Shown piece after piece: positions 46,604 through 57,511 of a stretch of 64,000 nucleotides of DNA; position 1 is the stretch's first letter; each line of letters begins with the position of its first letter. The stretch is taken from IMG/VR virus record IMGVR_UViG_3300020048_000103, positions 9,272-73,271 of that record; one strand, 5' to 3'. The position numbers were made by a program, and so were the translations under genes. Origin of the DNA: a virus. Lineage: Duplodnaviria; Caudoviricetes. Below the pieces are notes generated by a model that worked only from the letters and a program-made list of their open reading frames with translations, was not told the DNA's origin and ran no database searches.

Positions 46604-47905
46604 ATGACAAGAAATGAACGCCAAAAAGTTGCTATTGAAAAATGGATAAAATCTGGAGGTAGAGGTACTTTACAATGGTGTACTGGTTCTGGTAAAACTA
46701 GAGCCGGATTATTAGCTATTAAATCTTTTATAAGTAAAAATACTAACAAAAAAGTAGTAGTAGTAGTTCCAACAGATTATTTAAAAGAACAATGGTTACT
46801 AGAATTAATTAAATTTAATTTAGATAATTATGTTTCAATTGAGATTATTAATTCTGCTATTAAAGTTAATACTTCTATTGACCTTTTAATTTTAGATGAA
46901 GTCCATAGAATGGCTGCCGATACTTTTTTTAAAGTATTTGCTCAAAGAACTCCGAAATTAGTTCTTGGATTATCTGCTACTTTTAATAGACTTGATGGAA
47001 AACATGCTATATTAGCCTTTCATTGTCCTGTAATAGACACTTTAACTATTTCTGAAGCATTAGAAAATAAATGGCTTTCTCCTTATACTGAATATAAAGT
47101 TAGTATAGAAACTGATGATATTGAACAGTATAAAGAGGAAAATATGAAATTTTTAAATGCATTTGCATATTTTCAAAATGATTTTGCACTAACTATGAGT
47201 TGTGTTAATGGTATAAGAAAAGGTAAGGTTTTAATAAAGCCTTCACATTTTGTTAGATATGAATATGCTCAAACATTATGTACTTTGGATAGAAATCATC
47301 CAAGATATAAAGAAGTTGTTAATAGCATCTTTAAAGAAGTTACTGCAATGGCTTTTGTTTGGAGCAGAGCATTACATGCTAGAAAAAGTTATGTATCAGA
47401 TCATCCTAGAAAGATTGAGTTAGCAAGAGCAATACTTGAAGCAAGACCTCATTCTAAAGCTATTACTTTTTCTGCCACTATAAAGCAAGCTGAAAAAATA
47501 AAGATTGGTTATGTAGTACATTCTAAAAAGACTAAGAAAAAGAATAAACTTACTATGGAAGAATTTGCTAAATTATCTGTAGGAGTTATAAATACTGCCA
47601 AGAGTTTAGATGAAGGAGCTGATGTTCCAGGTTTAAATTTAGCTGTTATTCTTTCTAATACTTCTTCTCAAACACAAAAAACTCAACGAATTGGTAGAAT
47701 TATTAGGTTTGAAGAGGGTAAGAAAGCAGAAGTATTTACTTTAGTTATAAAAGGTACAATGGAAGAAAATTGGTATTCTACTTCTAATGTAGGAAAACAA
47801 TACATTGAAATTAATGAGCAAGAATTAGAAGAAGTGTTAAACTATTCTAAAGATTTTGATTCTTTCCAAGAAGGGAAAGAAATGGATAAACTATTTAGAT
47901 TTTAA
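46604..47905 (+). CDS. Superfamily II helicase (DEAD/DEXH)
   Basis: TGSGKT, LDEVH, GLSAT, LDEGADVP, QRIGRIIR. Promoter TATCTTTG at 46561-68. Confidence 0.93.
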   Translation: MTRNERQKVAIEKWIKSGGRGTLQWCTGSGKTRAGLLAIKSFISKNTNKKVVVVVPTDYLKEQWLLELIKFNLDNYVSIEIINSAIKVNTSIDLLILDEVHRMAADTFFKVFAQRTPKLVLGLSATFNRLDGKHAILAFHCPVIDTLTISEALENKWLSPYTEYKVSIETDDIEQYKEENMKFLNAFAYFQNDFALTMSCVNGIRKGKVLIKPSHFVRYEYAQTLCTLDRNHPRYKEVVNSIFKEVTAMAFVWSRALHARKSYVSDHPRKIELARAILEARPHSKAITFSATIKQAEKIKIGYVVHSKKTKKKNKLTMEEFAKLSVGVINTAKSLDEGADVPGLNLAVILSNTSSQTQKTQRIGRIIRFEEGKKAEVFTLVIKGTMEENWYSTSNVGKQYIEINEQELEEVLNYSKDFDSFQEGKEMDKLFRF

Positions 47906-48328
47906 TTTATGACAACAGAAGAATTACTAGATCACATTAAGTTTTTAAATAAAGATCTAGTTGACATTACTGATCCTGTATCTGTATTAGTATTAAGAAC
48001 TTCTACAATGTCAGGAAAAATAACTGGCTTTGAAGCAAGAATAAAAGGCATAATACAAGATGAAGGCCGATTACAATTAATAATTGAAGAAATTAATAAT
48101 TAAATGGATTGGAAAGAAGCACTTGAATTATTTCATTTATCAACTGTTTTAAATGATTATCTTATATGTAAAAGATTACAAGAAGATACTCTGAAAACAA
48201 TGTTAAAGAGATATTCTGAACTAATAGATAAATTTATAAAAACCTATGAATTGCCTGAAAATTCAGATAAAGATTCTTTAAAGAATTAATACACAAAGTA
48301 AGGAGAAGGTAGTTTAAAATAAGCAGTA

Positions 48329-48943
48329 ATGCATAATTTTGAATTATCGTTAAATGAGGAAATTTCCATTTATACTAAAAGTGGTCTGACTCCTACCGAA
48401 TTATTTATTGTAAAATTATTATTTCTTGCTATTGATGGAAACTCTAGTTTTCTTATTAATTATATTTCCAACATTTCTAATGGGAAACAATTATTAAAAG
48501 AAGTATTAGCATCATTAGTAAATAAAAAAGTAATAAATTCTACATTCAATATTCCAAAAGAAGGGGATACTTTAAATTTTAAATTAATTCCCTTTAACAA
48601 AAATTTTATTAAAATGTATGTAAAAGAATCAAATGAAATGGGCAAAGAATTTTTTGATGCATATCCCCCGTTTATAAATATAAATGGAAAATTATGTAGC
48701 ATTAAGAACTTTACCAAAGCAAATTTATATTCATTTGAAGATTTTTGTATATTTTATACAAAGCAGTTAAAGAATGCTGCTGTAACTCATGAAAGAGTTA
48801 TGGAGGCTTTAGAATATGCCAAAGAGCATAATCTAATAAATTACACCATTTTAGAATTCATTTCTAGTAGAAAATATGAAGAAATAGAATACATAAGAAA
48901 TAGTGGAAATGTTAACGGGTATCAAAACTCTGAACTTTTTTAA
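48329..48943 (+). CDS. Hypothetical protein upstream of DnaB (initiator/loader-like position)
   Basis: wHTH-like N-terminus and EFFDAYP motif. Confidence 0.6.
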   Translation: MHNFELSLNEEISIYTKSGLTPTELFIVKLLFLAIDGNSSFLINYISNISNGKQLLKEVLASLVNKKVINSTFNIPKEGDTLNFKLIPFNKNFIKMYVKESNEMGKEFFDAYPPFININGKLCSIKNFTKANLYSFEDFCIFYTKQLKNAAVTHERVMEALEYAKEHNLINYTILEFISSRKYEEIEYIRNSGNVNGYQNSELF

Positions 48944-50010
48944 TGGGTTTTAAATCATTTTTAAAAGCTGTAAAGCAAGGGAAAGAAGGAAGAAATTTAG
49001 GTATACCAACTGGATTATCTAAATTAGATACTATCATTTATGGAATTCAAAAAAAATCATTAATAACTATAGGAGCAGATTCAGGTGCTGGTAAAACATC
49101 ATTTGCAATTGCAACTTATGTCTATAATCTTATAAAAAATAGAGAGAATAATAAAATTTCTATTTTATATTATAGTTTTGAAATGAGTAAAGATGCATTA
49201 TATGCAAAGCTTACTTCTTTATATCTATGGGACAAGTTTAAAGAAATAGTCCCTTATAAAGAAATTCTTTCTATGAAAGATATAATAAGCGATGAAAAAT
49301 ATAATTTAATCTTACAAAGTACAGACTGGTTAGAAACATTAGATTCTTATTTAGTTATTTATGATAAGGCCTTAAGTCCTGCTGCAATCTATGCTACTTC
49401 TAAAGAGTGGCTTAGCACTTTAGGATCATTTGTTAAAATTGATGATCATAGGGAAGATTATATACCAAATGATGATAGGTTTAAGGTAATTATATGGGAC
49501 CACGTTGGCTTAATAGCTGGTCCTGATAGTAAAAAATCTAAAATTGATACCGTAGCAGATTATGCTATTTATTTTAGAAATAAATGTGATATCACTGGTA
49601 TTTTTGTTCAGCAATTGAATAGAAATGCTAAGTCTATGGATAGGAAACTCAATAATTATGAACTTATTGGGTTAGAAGATTTTAAAGACACCTCTGGAAC
49701 TACAGATGCTTCTGAAGTTGTTCTTGCATTATTTTTTCCTTTTAGAGAAAAGATTGCAAGATGTGAGGGGTATCCAATTCAAAATGTTTTAAAGAAAAAG
49801 TTCAGATTATGCCAAGTACTTAAAAATAGATATGGTGATGCAGATTTAAATTTTGGAATGATATTCCATGGTGAGTTAGGTCTCTTTGGAGAACTTCCTA
49901 GACCAGAAGAAATTTCAGATTATTCTATTTATATGGATTTAAATAGAAATGTACAGATTATAGAAGACGAAGTAGATGAAGAAAATATTACAAATCTGTA
50001 TAAATTTTAA
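48943..50010 (+). CDS. dnaB: Replicative DnaB-like helicase
   Basis: PTGLSKLD, GADSGAGKT, SFEM, WDHVGL, QQLNR, KNRYG. Confidence 0.92.
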   Translation: MGFKSFLKAVKQGKEGRNLGIPTGLSKLDTIIYGIQKKSLITIGADSGAGKTSFAIATYVYNLIKNRENNKISILYYSFEMSKDALYAKLTSLYLWDKFKEIVPYKEILSMKDIISDEKYNLILQSTDWLETLDSYLVIYDKALSPAAIYATSKEWLSTLGSFVKIDDHREDYIPNDDRFKVIIWDHVGLIAGPDSKKSKIDTVADYAIYFRNKCDITGIFVQQLNRNAKSMDRKLNNYELIGLEDFKDTSGTTDASEVVLALFFPFREKIARCEGYPIQNVLKKKFRLCQVLKNRYGDADLNFGMIFHGELGLFGELPRPEEISDYSIYMDLNRNVQIIEDEVDEENITNLYKF

Positions 50011-50012
50011 AT

Positions 50013-51651
50013 ATGGCTGAACTTTGTGCCGTGGTTGGAGAATCTGGAAGTGGTAAATCAACCTCTTTAAGAAATTTAGATCCAACTAAAACGTTTATTA
50101 TAAACGTAGCAAATAAACCTCTTCCTATTAGAGGTTATAAGAAAAATTATACACCACTAAAACAAGATCCTTCAACTAAAAAGTTTGAAGGGAATTTGTA
50201 TAATACTAGTGATGTAGATAAGATATTAAAGATATTAAAAATCATAGATTCTACAATGCCTCATATAGAACAAGTTATTGTTGAGGATTCTCAATATATA
50301 ATGAGTTTTGAAGCAATGGACAGAGCTCTTGAAAAAGGGTAGCATTTACATGCCCTAACCAATCTAATTGCGGGGATAACCTTAGAGTCTTTTTAACCAA
50401 ATTATGATAGTAATATACATAATGGCTTTCAGTAATGATGAAAGGTATGGTAAAATCAAAAAGAATTGGTCAATCCGCATCCAAGTTTCCAAATTAAATT
50501 TTGGAAAAAGGTTCAACGACTATCTCCGTGAAGGGGAGTACATTAAAGTTATTAGTAACTTTTTTGGAAATGGTTGGAATTTTTATCATTTTTCTTTGCT
50601 ATCTTTGTAAATAGTAATTTACTAAATTAGCAATATGGAAAAAATTAAAGGAAAAAGCAAATTACCGGAATATAAACAATGGAAATCAATGAAATCCAGA
50701 TGTTATTCTCCGTCTGCAACAAAAGGAAAATATAAAGAAAATAATATTCAGGTATGTCCTGAATGGTTAAATTCTTTCGAAACATTTTATTTAGATATGG
50801 GAAAATGTCCAGAAGGATTTACATTAGAAAGAAAAGATAATCTTGAAGATTATTCTAAAGTAAATTGTATTTGGGCAGACAGAACTACACAAAGTAAAAA
50901 TCGAGAAGATTTTAATGATATTGTTTCTTATAATGGAAAAACAATGGTATTAAAAGATTGGGCAAAAGAGTTAGGTATTAAATATACAACTCTTTATCAA
51001 AGAATTTACAGAAGTGGTTTATCTTTTGAAAATGCTATACAAAAAGATCCTTTTGGTAGACAAATTGAAATTAATGGAGTATATAAGACAATGAAAGAAT
51101 GGGCTGAATTTTACAATGTAGAATATTCGCTTGTTACTAATCGTATATGCAAACATAAATGGGAAATTATAGATGCTTTAACAATTCCTAAAGGCCAGAG
51201 AAGGCTAAATAAAAATTAAGATATAGTCTGAACTTTATAGAAATATAAAGAGTTGCGTTATTAAGTAGCGCAGATTAACACAATTGATGAGAAGTTTACA
51301 CAATTAGCACAACATTTTCATAGTATTTTAAAAGAAGCTATGAACATGAGAAGTAATTTAAAAGTATTTATATTTTGTCATTCTGACAATGTAGGAGATA
51401 TTTTAAATCCACAGTTTAAAATTAAAACTATTGGTCGCATGATTGATAATATGATTACTCTTGAGGGATTATTTACTTATGTGTTATTTACAGTAAGAAC
51501 TGCTAATGAAAATAGAGAAATGGAATATAAATTCATGACCAATTCAGACGGCACAAATACTGCTAAAACTCCTATGGGATGTTTTGACTCCATACTTATA
51601 GATAATGATTTACAATATGTTATTGAAAGAATAAACGAATACAATGGTTAA
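50013..51651 (+). CDS. AAA ATPase (Sak4-like), spliced: join(50013..50340,51287..51651), 230 aa
   Basis: GESGSGKST. Splicing joins GGG T|AT GAG to give ALEKGYEKFTQLA. Exon total 693 nt is in frame. Confidence 0.88.
50341..51286 (+). mobile_element. Group I intron (946 nt) with an HNH ORF
   Basis: P1 AGGGT/GCCCT with U.G, AATTGCGGGGA, AATCCGCATCCAAG, GTTCAACGACTA, AAGATATAGTCT, terminal G51286. Confidence 0.92.
50635..51219 (+). CDS. Intron-encoded HNH homing endonuclease
   Basis: YKQWKSMKSRC...VCPEW..FETF..DMG...TLERKDN...NCIWAD...Q. Promoter TATCTTTG at 50600-07. Confidence 0.9.
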   Translation: MEKIKGKSKLPEYKQWKSMKSRCYSPSATKGKYKENNIQVCPEWLNSFETFYLDMGKCPEGFTLERKDNLEDYSKVNCIWADRTTQSKNREDFNDIVSYNGKTMVLKDWAKELGIKYTTLYQRIYRSGLSFENAIQKDPFGRQIEINGVYKTMKEWAEFYNVEYSLVTNRICKHKWEIIDALTIPKGQRRLNKN

Positions 51652-52183
51652 AAACGTAATAGTTACCTTTGAATTTGATACTGAAACTGACTCAGTTACT
51701 AATGTACAATGTTCAGTTGATGGAATTGAAAAAAAGAAAAGAACTACTAAGAAAAAATCTGAAGTAGTTGAAGAGATGGCAAGTGAAGCCATTATTACTT
51801 TAGAAGCTACTAAATTAGTTTTTAATAATAAAGCTGTTGCTGATATGGGACTCACCCAAGAAGATAGAGTATTTGTAAAGTGGGAACAAAAAGGTAAAAC
51901 TTTGTTTCCAATTATAGGAACTGATGAAGAAGTTGGTAATAAATTTACTAAATCCGGCACAGTTGCTTATAAAGGTGCTCAAAATGCAGTATTAGCAGAA
52001 ATAGGTTCTGAATTTACCATTAAACCTTATAAAGAAGGTACATGGGAATTAATTCCTACTAATGGTAATAGCAATATTAAAGCTGCTAAAGAAGTTATAG
52101 CGAAAGCTGAAAGAATAGATCCAGTTATAATTGTAGATGACAATGAAAATACAGAGGTAGATAAATTTACATTTACAATATAA
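51644..52183 (+). CDS. Hypothetical protein
   Basis: 179 aa. Confidence 0.7.
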   Translation: MVKNVIVTFEFDTETDSVTNVQCSVDGIEKKKRTTKKKSEVVEEMASEAIITLEATKLVFNNKAVADMGLTQEDRVFVKWEQKGKTLFPIIGTDEEVGNKFTKSGTVAYKGAQNAVLAEIGSEFTIKPYKEGTWELIPTNGNSNIKAAKEVIAKAERIDPVIIVDDNENTEVDKFTFTI

Positions 52184-52193
52184 AATAAACACA

Positions 52194-52910
52194 ATGAGTG
52201 ACGGATATTCATTTAATAGTACCGCGGGAGCTTCACAAAGCACTGTAAAACCTAAATTAGTTGGAAATAGCATCCATACTGTTAAATTTGCAGGATGCGA
52301 ACTGAAAGACGTTCAAGGCGTAAAAGAAGTTGATAAAGTTTACAGACAGTTAATACTTAAGTTCGAAAATGAAGATGGAGTTTTTGAGCATACTGTTTGG
52401 GAACCAAAACCTGAAGATTTTCAAAGAAAAGATTCAGAAATAAAAAATAAAAATGGAATGATGGAAAAAATTCCAAATCCATCTGGAGTAGAAACTATGA
52501 TGCTTTTATTTAAGCATGTTATAGACTCTGTTAATCCAACTGTTGCTAAACAGATTGATAATAAAGAAAAAAGTTTAGGCGCCCCTAATTGGGAAAGCTT
52601 AAGAACTCTTGTTTCTAAAATTTTAGATGTTGGTAAAGGTACTACTACTAAAATTAAACTTCTTAAGAATAAAAATGGAGAAGCAGTATTTCCTGGATTC
52701 TTTTCCGGCTTAACAAAAGAAGGAAAAGCTTATATTAGAAATAATTTTATAGGCGATAAAATTTCCTTTAGTTCGTATGAAGCAGATAGAATTAAAAAAG
52801 AGGCTGCAGCTACTCCAACTCCTGCAGCTACTTATAATCCAGGTAACTCCAGTGCTGGAACAGCGCCAGAGGATGATTTGGATATGAATTTTAATATCGC
52901 AGACTTATAA
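52194..52910 (+). CDS. Putative single-stranded DNA-binding protein
   Basis: Located between the ATPase and primase, with a low-complexity linker and acidic tail EDDLDMNFNIADL. Confidence 0.65.
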   Translation: MSDGYSFNSTAGASQSTVKPKLVGNSIHTVKFAGCELKDVQGVKEVDKVYRQLILKFENEDGVFEHTVWEPKPEDFQRKDSEIKNKNGMMEKIPNPSGVETMMLLFKHVIDSVNPTVAKQIDNKEKSLGAPNWESLRTLVSKILDVGKGTTTKIKLLKNKNGEAVFPGFFSGLTKEGKAYIRNNFIGDKISFSSYEADRIKKEAAATPTPAATYNPGNSSAGTAPEDDLDMNFNIADL

Positions 52911-52917
52911 ATAACTA

Positions 52918-53955
52918 GTGTATTCTTTAGAAGTATCTACTAAGATAACCAAAGAACTTTTGTTATCTAAAAGTTTCACTCAAGAAACTTATTTTGAGCA
53001 CTATCTAGGAATACCTGTAAAAAAAGGACTTTTTACCAGTCCTGCTATAATAAGAGTAGATCATAAACCTACTTGTTGTTTTTATAAAAGTAAACAAGGA
53101 TTACTAATATATAAAGATTTTGCTGGACCAACATTCAATTTTATAGGTGCCGTAATGCACATATATAATTGTAGTTATTATGATGCTTTAAAAATAATAG
53201 CTAATGATTTTGGATTTATAGAAGCCTCTATTCCTAAAAACTTACCCAAGATTCAATATACTGGGTATGAATTAAAGGAAACAGAAAGAGCAAAAATACA
53301 AGTTGAGTTTCAAGATTTTACTCAAAAAGAATTAAATTGGTGGGGGTCTTTTGGAATTTCTCAAAAGACCCTTACTAAATTTAAGGTATTTTCTATTAAA
53401 TCTGTATTTTTAAATGGGTTGTACTTTTCCAGTTCTTCTGATAAATCTCCAGTTTTTGGATATTACGGAGGAGATGGAATTGATGATACAGAATTTTGGA
53501 GACTTTATATGCCTTCTAAAATAAAATATAGATTTTTAACTAATTGGCCTTCTAATATGATACAAGGCGCAAAACAATTACCAAAATCCGCTAAATGTGT
53601 TCTTATAACAAAATCTTTAAAAGATGTTATGCTTTTATATGAGCTTGGAATAACTTCCATAGCTCCTAATTCAGAAAATATTTTAATTACTCAGAATCAA
53701 TTTAATAAATTGAAGTTTAAATATTCTGAAGTATTTGTATTTTATGATAATGATTTGCCAGGCGTAAAAGCAGCAAATAAATATAAAAAGAAATATGGTG
53801 TTAAATGTATCTTTATAAAACGAAAGTACGCAAAAGATTTATCTGATTTATACAAAGTTATTTCTAGGACTCAATTTTGGATAGTTGTAGACGAATTAAA
53901 TGAGATTTTAAGTGGCTCAAATATTAAACAAACAAAACATTTTTATATATTTTAA
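52918..53955 (+). CDS. DNA primase (Toprim)
   Basis: R.DHKPTC, KDFAG, ITKSLKDV, APNSE, YDND..G, KDLSD. Confidence 0.9.
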   Translation: MYSLEVSTKITKELLLSKSFTQETYFEHYLGIPVKKGLFTSPAIIRVDHKPTCCFYKSKQGLLIYKDFAGPTFNFIGAVMHIYNCSYYDALKIIANDFGFIEASIPKNLPKIQYTGYELKETERAKIQVEFQDFTQKELNWWGSFGISQKTLTKFKVFSIKSVFLNGLYFSSSSDKSPVFGYYGGDGIDDTEFWRLYMPSKIKYRFLTNWPSNMIQGAKQLPKSAKCVLITKSLKDVMLLYELGITSIAPNSENILITQNQFNKLKFKYSEVFVFYDNDLPGVKAANKYKKKYGVKCIFIKRKYAKDLSDLYKVISRTQFWIVVDELNEILSGSNIKQTKHFYIF

Positions 53956-54395
53956 TGAAAAAAACTACGAATCCAGAAGAGAGTTGACCTGAAGAAGGGA
54001 AACCTGAGAAAAAGAAAAGGTCAGGGGCCTATTCTAAAACAAAAGGATCTGCATATGAAAGACAGATAGTGAATGAGTTAAAGGAGTTAACGGGTAATGG
54101 TAATATATGTACTTCTAGAAGTGAGTCTAAAAAATTAGATGATATGAAAATAGACATATTTGATCCAGATTCAATTTTACCTTGTTATTTTCAAACTAAA
54201 AAGACTCAAACTACTCCATCTGTCAAAAAAATAAATTCCGAAGTTGGCAAGGTTGATAAACCTTTATGTATACTTTGGAATATACAAGAAAAGAAGGAGG
54301 GTAATGTTAACATAACTTCTCAAGGAGAATATGCTATAATACCTAAACAATTTTTTTATGAATTACTAAGAAATTTATATGATATAGATGACTAG
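53955..54395 (+). CDS. Holliday junction resolvase-like PD-(D/E)XK nuclease with TGA=Trp at codon 11 (146 aa)
   Basis: ATG overlaps the primase TAA. MKKTTNPEES[TGA 53985-87]PEEG...SKTKGSAYERQIVNEL...KIDI...FQTK. No ATG lies between the TGA and the KG..YER motif. Confidence 0.8.
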
Positions 54396-54575
54396 AGTTA
54401 CCGATATTATAGAAAGATTTTTAAAAGAAAAATATGATGCAGATTTAGAATCTGAAGAAGTTCAAAGCTTAATATTTGATATTGAAGAAGTTCTTTTTAT
54501 AATCATGGAAGAATCTTTTAAAGATGGGGTTGAAAGTGGTCTTTATCTAAATTCAGAACCTAATAAATTAAATTA

Positions 54576-55079
54576 ATGAATATTATCTTAGATGTAGATG
54601 ATGTAGTTTTAGCGTGGCATGAGGCTTACGCTAAAAGGTATAAAATACCAATTCCAACTAGTTGGATACCTTATGACGTAATTAAGCCTCATTTAGAAGA
54701 ATTAAGAACAAATAGACTATTTTGGGTAACTTTACCTTTAAAGTTTATGCCGAACTTTGTTCCAAAAGCTTATGTTTCTGCTAGAGGAGTTCCTGTCGAA
54801 TGGACAAGAAAAGCTATGCAGTTAAGAAAACTTCCTGGAAGGAGTAACATTCATCATGTTCCTTGGGGAAATAGTAAAATAGAAGTTTTAAAACGTTTGA
54901 AATGTGACATATTTATTGATGATAAGTATGAAACATTTTTAGAATGTCATAAAAATGGAATATTTTGCTTATTAATGGATAGTCCTCAAAATAGGCAGTA
55001 TAAAACTAAACTCAGAATTCATAGTCTAAAACTTAAAGAAATTATGGGTAAATATGATTTATGGCAGAAATCTCGATAA
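54576..55079 (+). CDS. HAD-type 5'(3')-nucleotidase-like protein
   Basis: LDVDDVV, VSAR, FIDDK. Confidence 0.8.
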   Translation: MNIILDVDDVVLAWHEAYAKRYKIPIPTSWIPYDVIKPHLEELRTNRLFWVTLPLKFMPNFVPKAYVSARGVPVEWTRKAMQLRKLPGRSNIHHVPWGNSKIEVLKRLKCDIFIDDKYETFLECHKNGIFCLLMDSPQNRQYKTKLRIHSLKLKEIMGKYDLWQKSR

Positions 55080-56116
55080 TTCCTGAATCCATTAAACTTT
55101 TGAAGATGGATGATTCTGAATATTTTAGTTCAAAATATAAAGAATATATTTCAAATTCAAAGTTAGGACTAATAAATCCTGATGAAGGCGGATCTATAGA
55201 ATTATTTCTATCTCCTTATAAAGAATCTTACTCGGATTCATTAGAATTAGGGAGTGCCTTACATGCTAATTTATTACAACCCGAATCTTATATTATTTCA
55301 GACATTGAAAAGCCTAATGGAAAATTAGGAATTTGGGCTGAGAAAGTATTTGATTTAAGGAAAGAAGGCTATTCTTTAAAAGATTCTTTCTATATAGCAT
55401 CTGAACAAGCTGATTATTATGCTAAGAAATTAGTTAATACTAGACTTAAATCTGCTATAAGGAATTCTTTGCCTTTTTATTTAAAAAGAATAGCTTTTGA
55501 ACAAGATGTTAATAAAAAGACTATATTTTTATCAGCTCCATTAAGAGAAAAGTATCTTAATTGTTTATTAAATATCAACAATTCTACTTCAAAAGTTTTA
55601 GATACTTTATATCCTCCAGGAATGTTTTCTGTTGCAGAATTTCATAATGAATATGCATTATTTTGTGATTTGCAATACGTTGATACAGAAACTGGAGAGA
55701 TAACTATTCTTAAATTCAAAAGTAAGTTCGATAACTATACTATTGATCACGAGTTGAAAGAGATTGTTTTGAATGATGTGAAAAGTTCTAGTAAACCTGC
55801 AAGTTATTTCATGGGTAATAATGTTACTTCTAGGAATGAAAATGATGAGTTGATAACTGTTTGGTATAATGGATCATTTCAAAAATATAGATATTACAGA
55901 CAAATTGGAGTTTATATGTGGTTATTACAATCCGCATTAAAACACTTACATAATATTGAGGATTACAGTTATAAAGCTAATATAATAGTTATTGAAACTG
56001 CTCCAGAATATAAAAACAAAGTATATCCAATTTCAGCTTCTTATATAAGAGAAGGTTTAAAAGAATTTAAAAACTTACTAAAATTGGTTGTTGATGCTAA
56101 AACAAATAGACCTTAA
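55061..56116 (+). CDS. PD-(D/E)XK exonuclease (RecE-like)
   Basis: ISNSKL, LELGSALH, NE, KSKFD...LNDVKSS, YYRQ. Confidence 0.8.
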   Translation: MAEISIIPESIKLLKMDDSEYFSSKYKEYISNSKLGLINPDEGGSIELFLSPYKESYSDSLELGSALHANLLQPESYIISDIEKPNGKLGIWAEKVFDLRKEGYSLKDSFYIASEQADYYAKKLVNTRLKSAIRNSLPFYLKRIAFEQDVNKKTIFLSAPLREKYLNCLLNINNSTSKVLDTLYPPGMFSVAEFHNEYALFCDLQYVDTETGEITILKFKSKFDNYTIDHELKEIVLNDVKSSSKPASYFMGNNVTSRNENDELITVWYNGSFQKYRYYRQIGVYMWLLQSALKHLHNIEDYSYKANIIVIETAPEYKNKVYPISASYIREGLKEFKNLLKLVVDAKTNRP

Positions 56117-56459
56117 TGATTTGACTTTAGAAGATAAAAAAAGAATATTTCAGAAATTATTTAGTTCTGGATCTCTATCAATTGATTTTAATGATAAATT
56201 AGTTCTTATATCCTTAATTGCTCTTGTATCAAAGAAGTTAAAAGCGAAGAATCCGTCGTTAACTACTTTAGCAATATTAATGAAAATTAATGGGCAGAAA
56301 GAAGATGATTCTGCTTTTTATAACTTTTTAGAATCAATGTCTATATTAGTAGATGATTTAGCTTATGGGAGTGATAAGTTTGATTCTTGTGGTTTAACCT
56401 CTTCAGATGAAATTATTAAAAAAATTAAACACCTACTTGGCTTATGGCTACCTTTTTAG
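56088..56459 (+). CDS. Hypothetical protein
   Basis: 123 aa. Confidence 0.65.
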   Translation: MLMLKQIDLNDLTLEDKKRIFQKLFSSGSLSIDFNDKLVLISLIALVSKKLKAKNPSLTTLAILMKINGQKEDDSAFYNFLESMSILVDDLAYGSDKFDSCGLTSSDEIIKKIKHLLGLWLPF

Positions 56460-57340
56460 AGGGTTATTATGACTATGATGATTATGAAAACGCAAATCTT
56501 TCTATGTGGATTCACGAAGGAGATTTATTCAGACCGTCAACAAATTTAAAACTTTTACCTAAATTATCTCCTGGTATTTATACTGTAGATTGGGATAGAG
56601 ATTTAGGATTTTTCTGTAAAAAATTACCTTTTATTTCTGATGAACTTTATGTATTTTCTGACAATAAATCAAAAGATTTAGTAAATGAAATTGCTTTATT
56701 TTGGGAGAAAAAGGATTTATACAAGAGTAATAAATTAGTGCATAAAAGAGGTATATTACTAACTGGCTACCCTGGGACAGGAAAAACTTCGATAATTTCA
56801 CAGGTTGCTGAAGGAGTTGTCAAGAATAGTGGTATTGTTTTTAAAGTTCAAGATGCTAGAAATCTAGAACAATATGTTAATTTTTTAACATTAGGCTTTA
56901 GAAAAATTCAACCAGAAACTCCTGTAGTAACTATATTAGAAGATATAGATAAATATCAAGAAGTAGAACCGGCTTTATTAGATTTTCTTGATGGAAAATT
57001 TAGTATAGAACATCACATAGTGATTTCTACATCTAATAATACTGATAATGTTCCAGATTCTGTTTTAAGACCTAGTAGAATGGATCTTTTAATAGAAATT
57101 GATTTACCTTCTGAAAATATTAGAAGAGAATTCTTCCAACATAAAAATGTTCCGGAAAAAGATTTGGAAACTTTGGTAGAAGGCTCTGATGATTGTTCAA
57201 TTGCAGATTTAAAAGAATTATACATTTGTGTTTATCTAATGGACTATTCTATTGAGGATGCTTTAAGTAAAATACTTTCTCCCAGAGAAAGGAAAAATTA
57301 TCTGTTTAAGTCAGGTTCTACGAAAAAAATTGGGTTATAG
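56444..57340 (+). CDS. AAA+ ATPase
   Basis: GILLTGYPGTGKT, ILEDID, STSN, RPSRMD. Confidence 0.92.
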   Translation: MATFLEGYYDYDDYENANLSMWIHEGDLFRPSTNLKLLPKLSPGIYTVDWDRDLGFFCKKLPFISDELYVFSDNKSKDLVNEIALFWEKKDLYKSNKLVHKRGILLTGYPGTGKTSIISQVAEGVVKNSGIVFKVQDARNLEQYVNFLTLGFRKIQPETPVVTILEDIDKYQEVEPALLDFLDGKFSIEHHIVISTSNNTDNVPDSVLRPSRMDLLIEIDLPSENIRREFFQHKNVPEKDLETLVEGSDDCSIADLKELYICVYLMDYSIEDALSKILSPRERKNYLFKSGSTKKIGL

Positions 57341-57511
57341 AACTTTTTGGACAGTTAACTTAAGTTTTAGATAGTTTTAAAAAACTATTTTATATAAATG
57401 CATGTTGGCACCATTTTTATATAGTAAAAGGTGGTATCTTTGCATTATAATTCAGATGAAAATTTACTAGTAGATGAAAATTATTTTAAAATTTTAAAAA
57501 TGTAAATGTAC

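Noticed and set aside
50404-50610. 68-aa track ORF
   Set aside because: It coincides with the group I intron catalytic core.
51340-51651. Stand-alone 103-aa gene
   Set aside because: It is the second exon of the spliced AAA ATPase.
54069-54395. GTG start for the resolvase
   Set aside because: It would omit the conserved KG..YER motif upstream.
7156-57225. Short antisense track ORFs inside long plus-strand genes (e.g. 7156-7407, 13821-14095, 24550-24938, 43294-43707, 45753-46505, 51610-52273, 57013-57225)
   Set aside because: They are shadow frames of well-supported genes, with no motifs or independent promoters.
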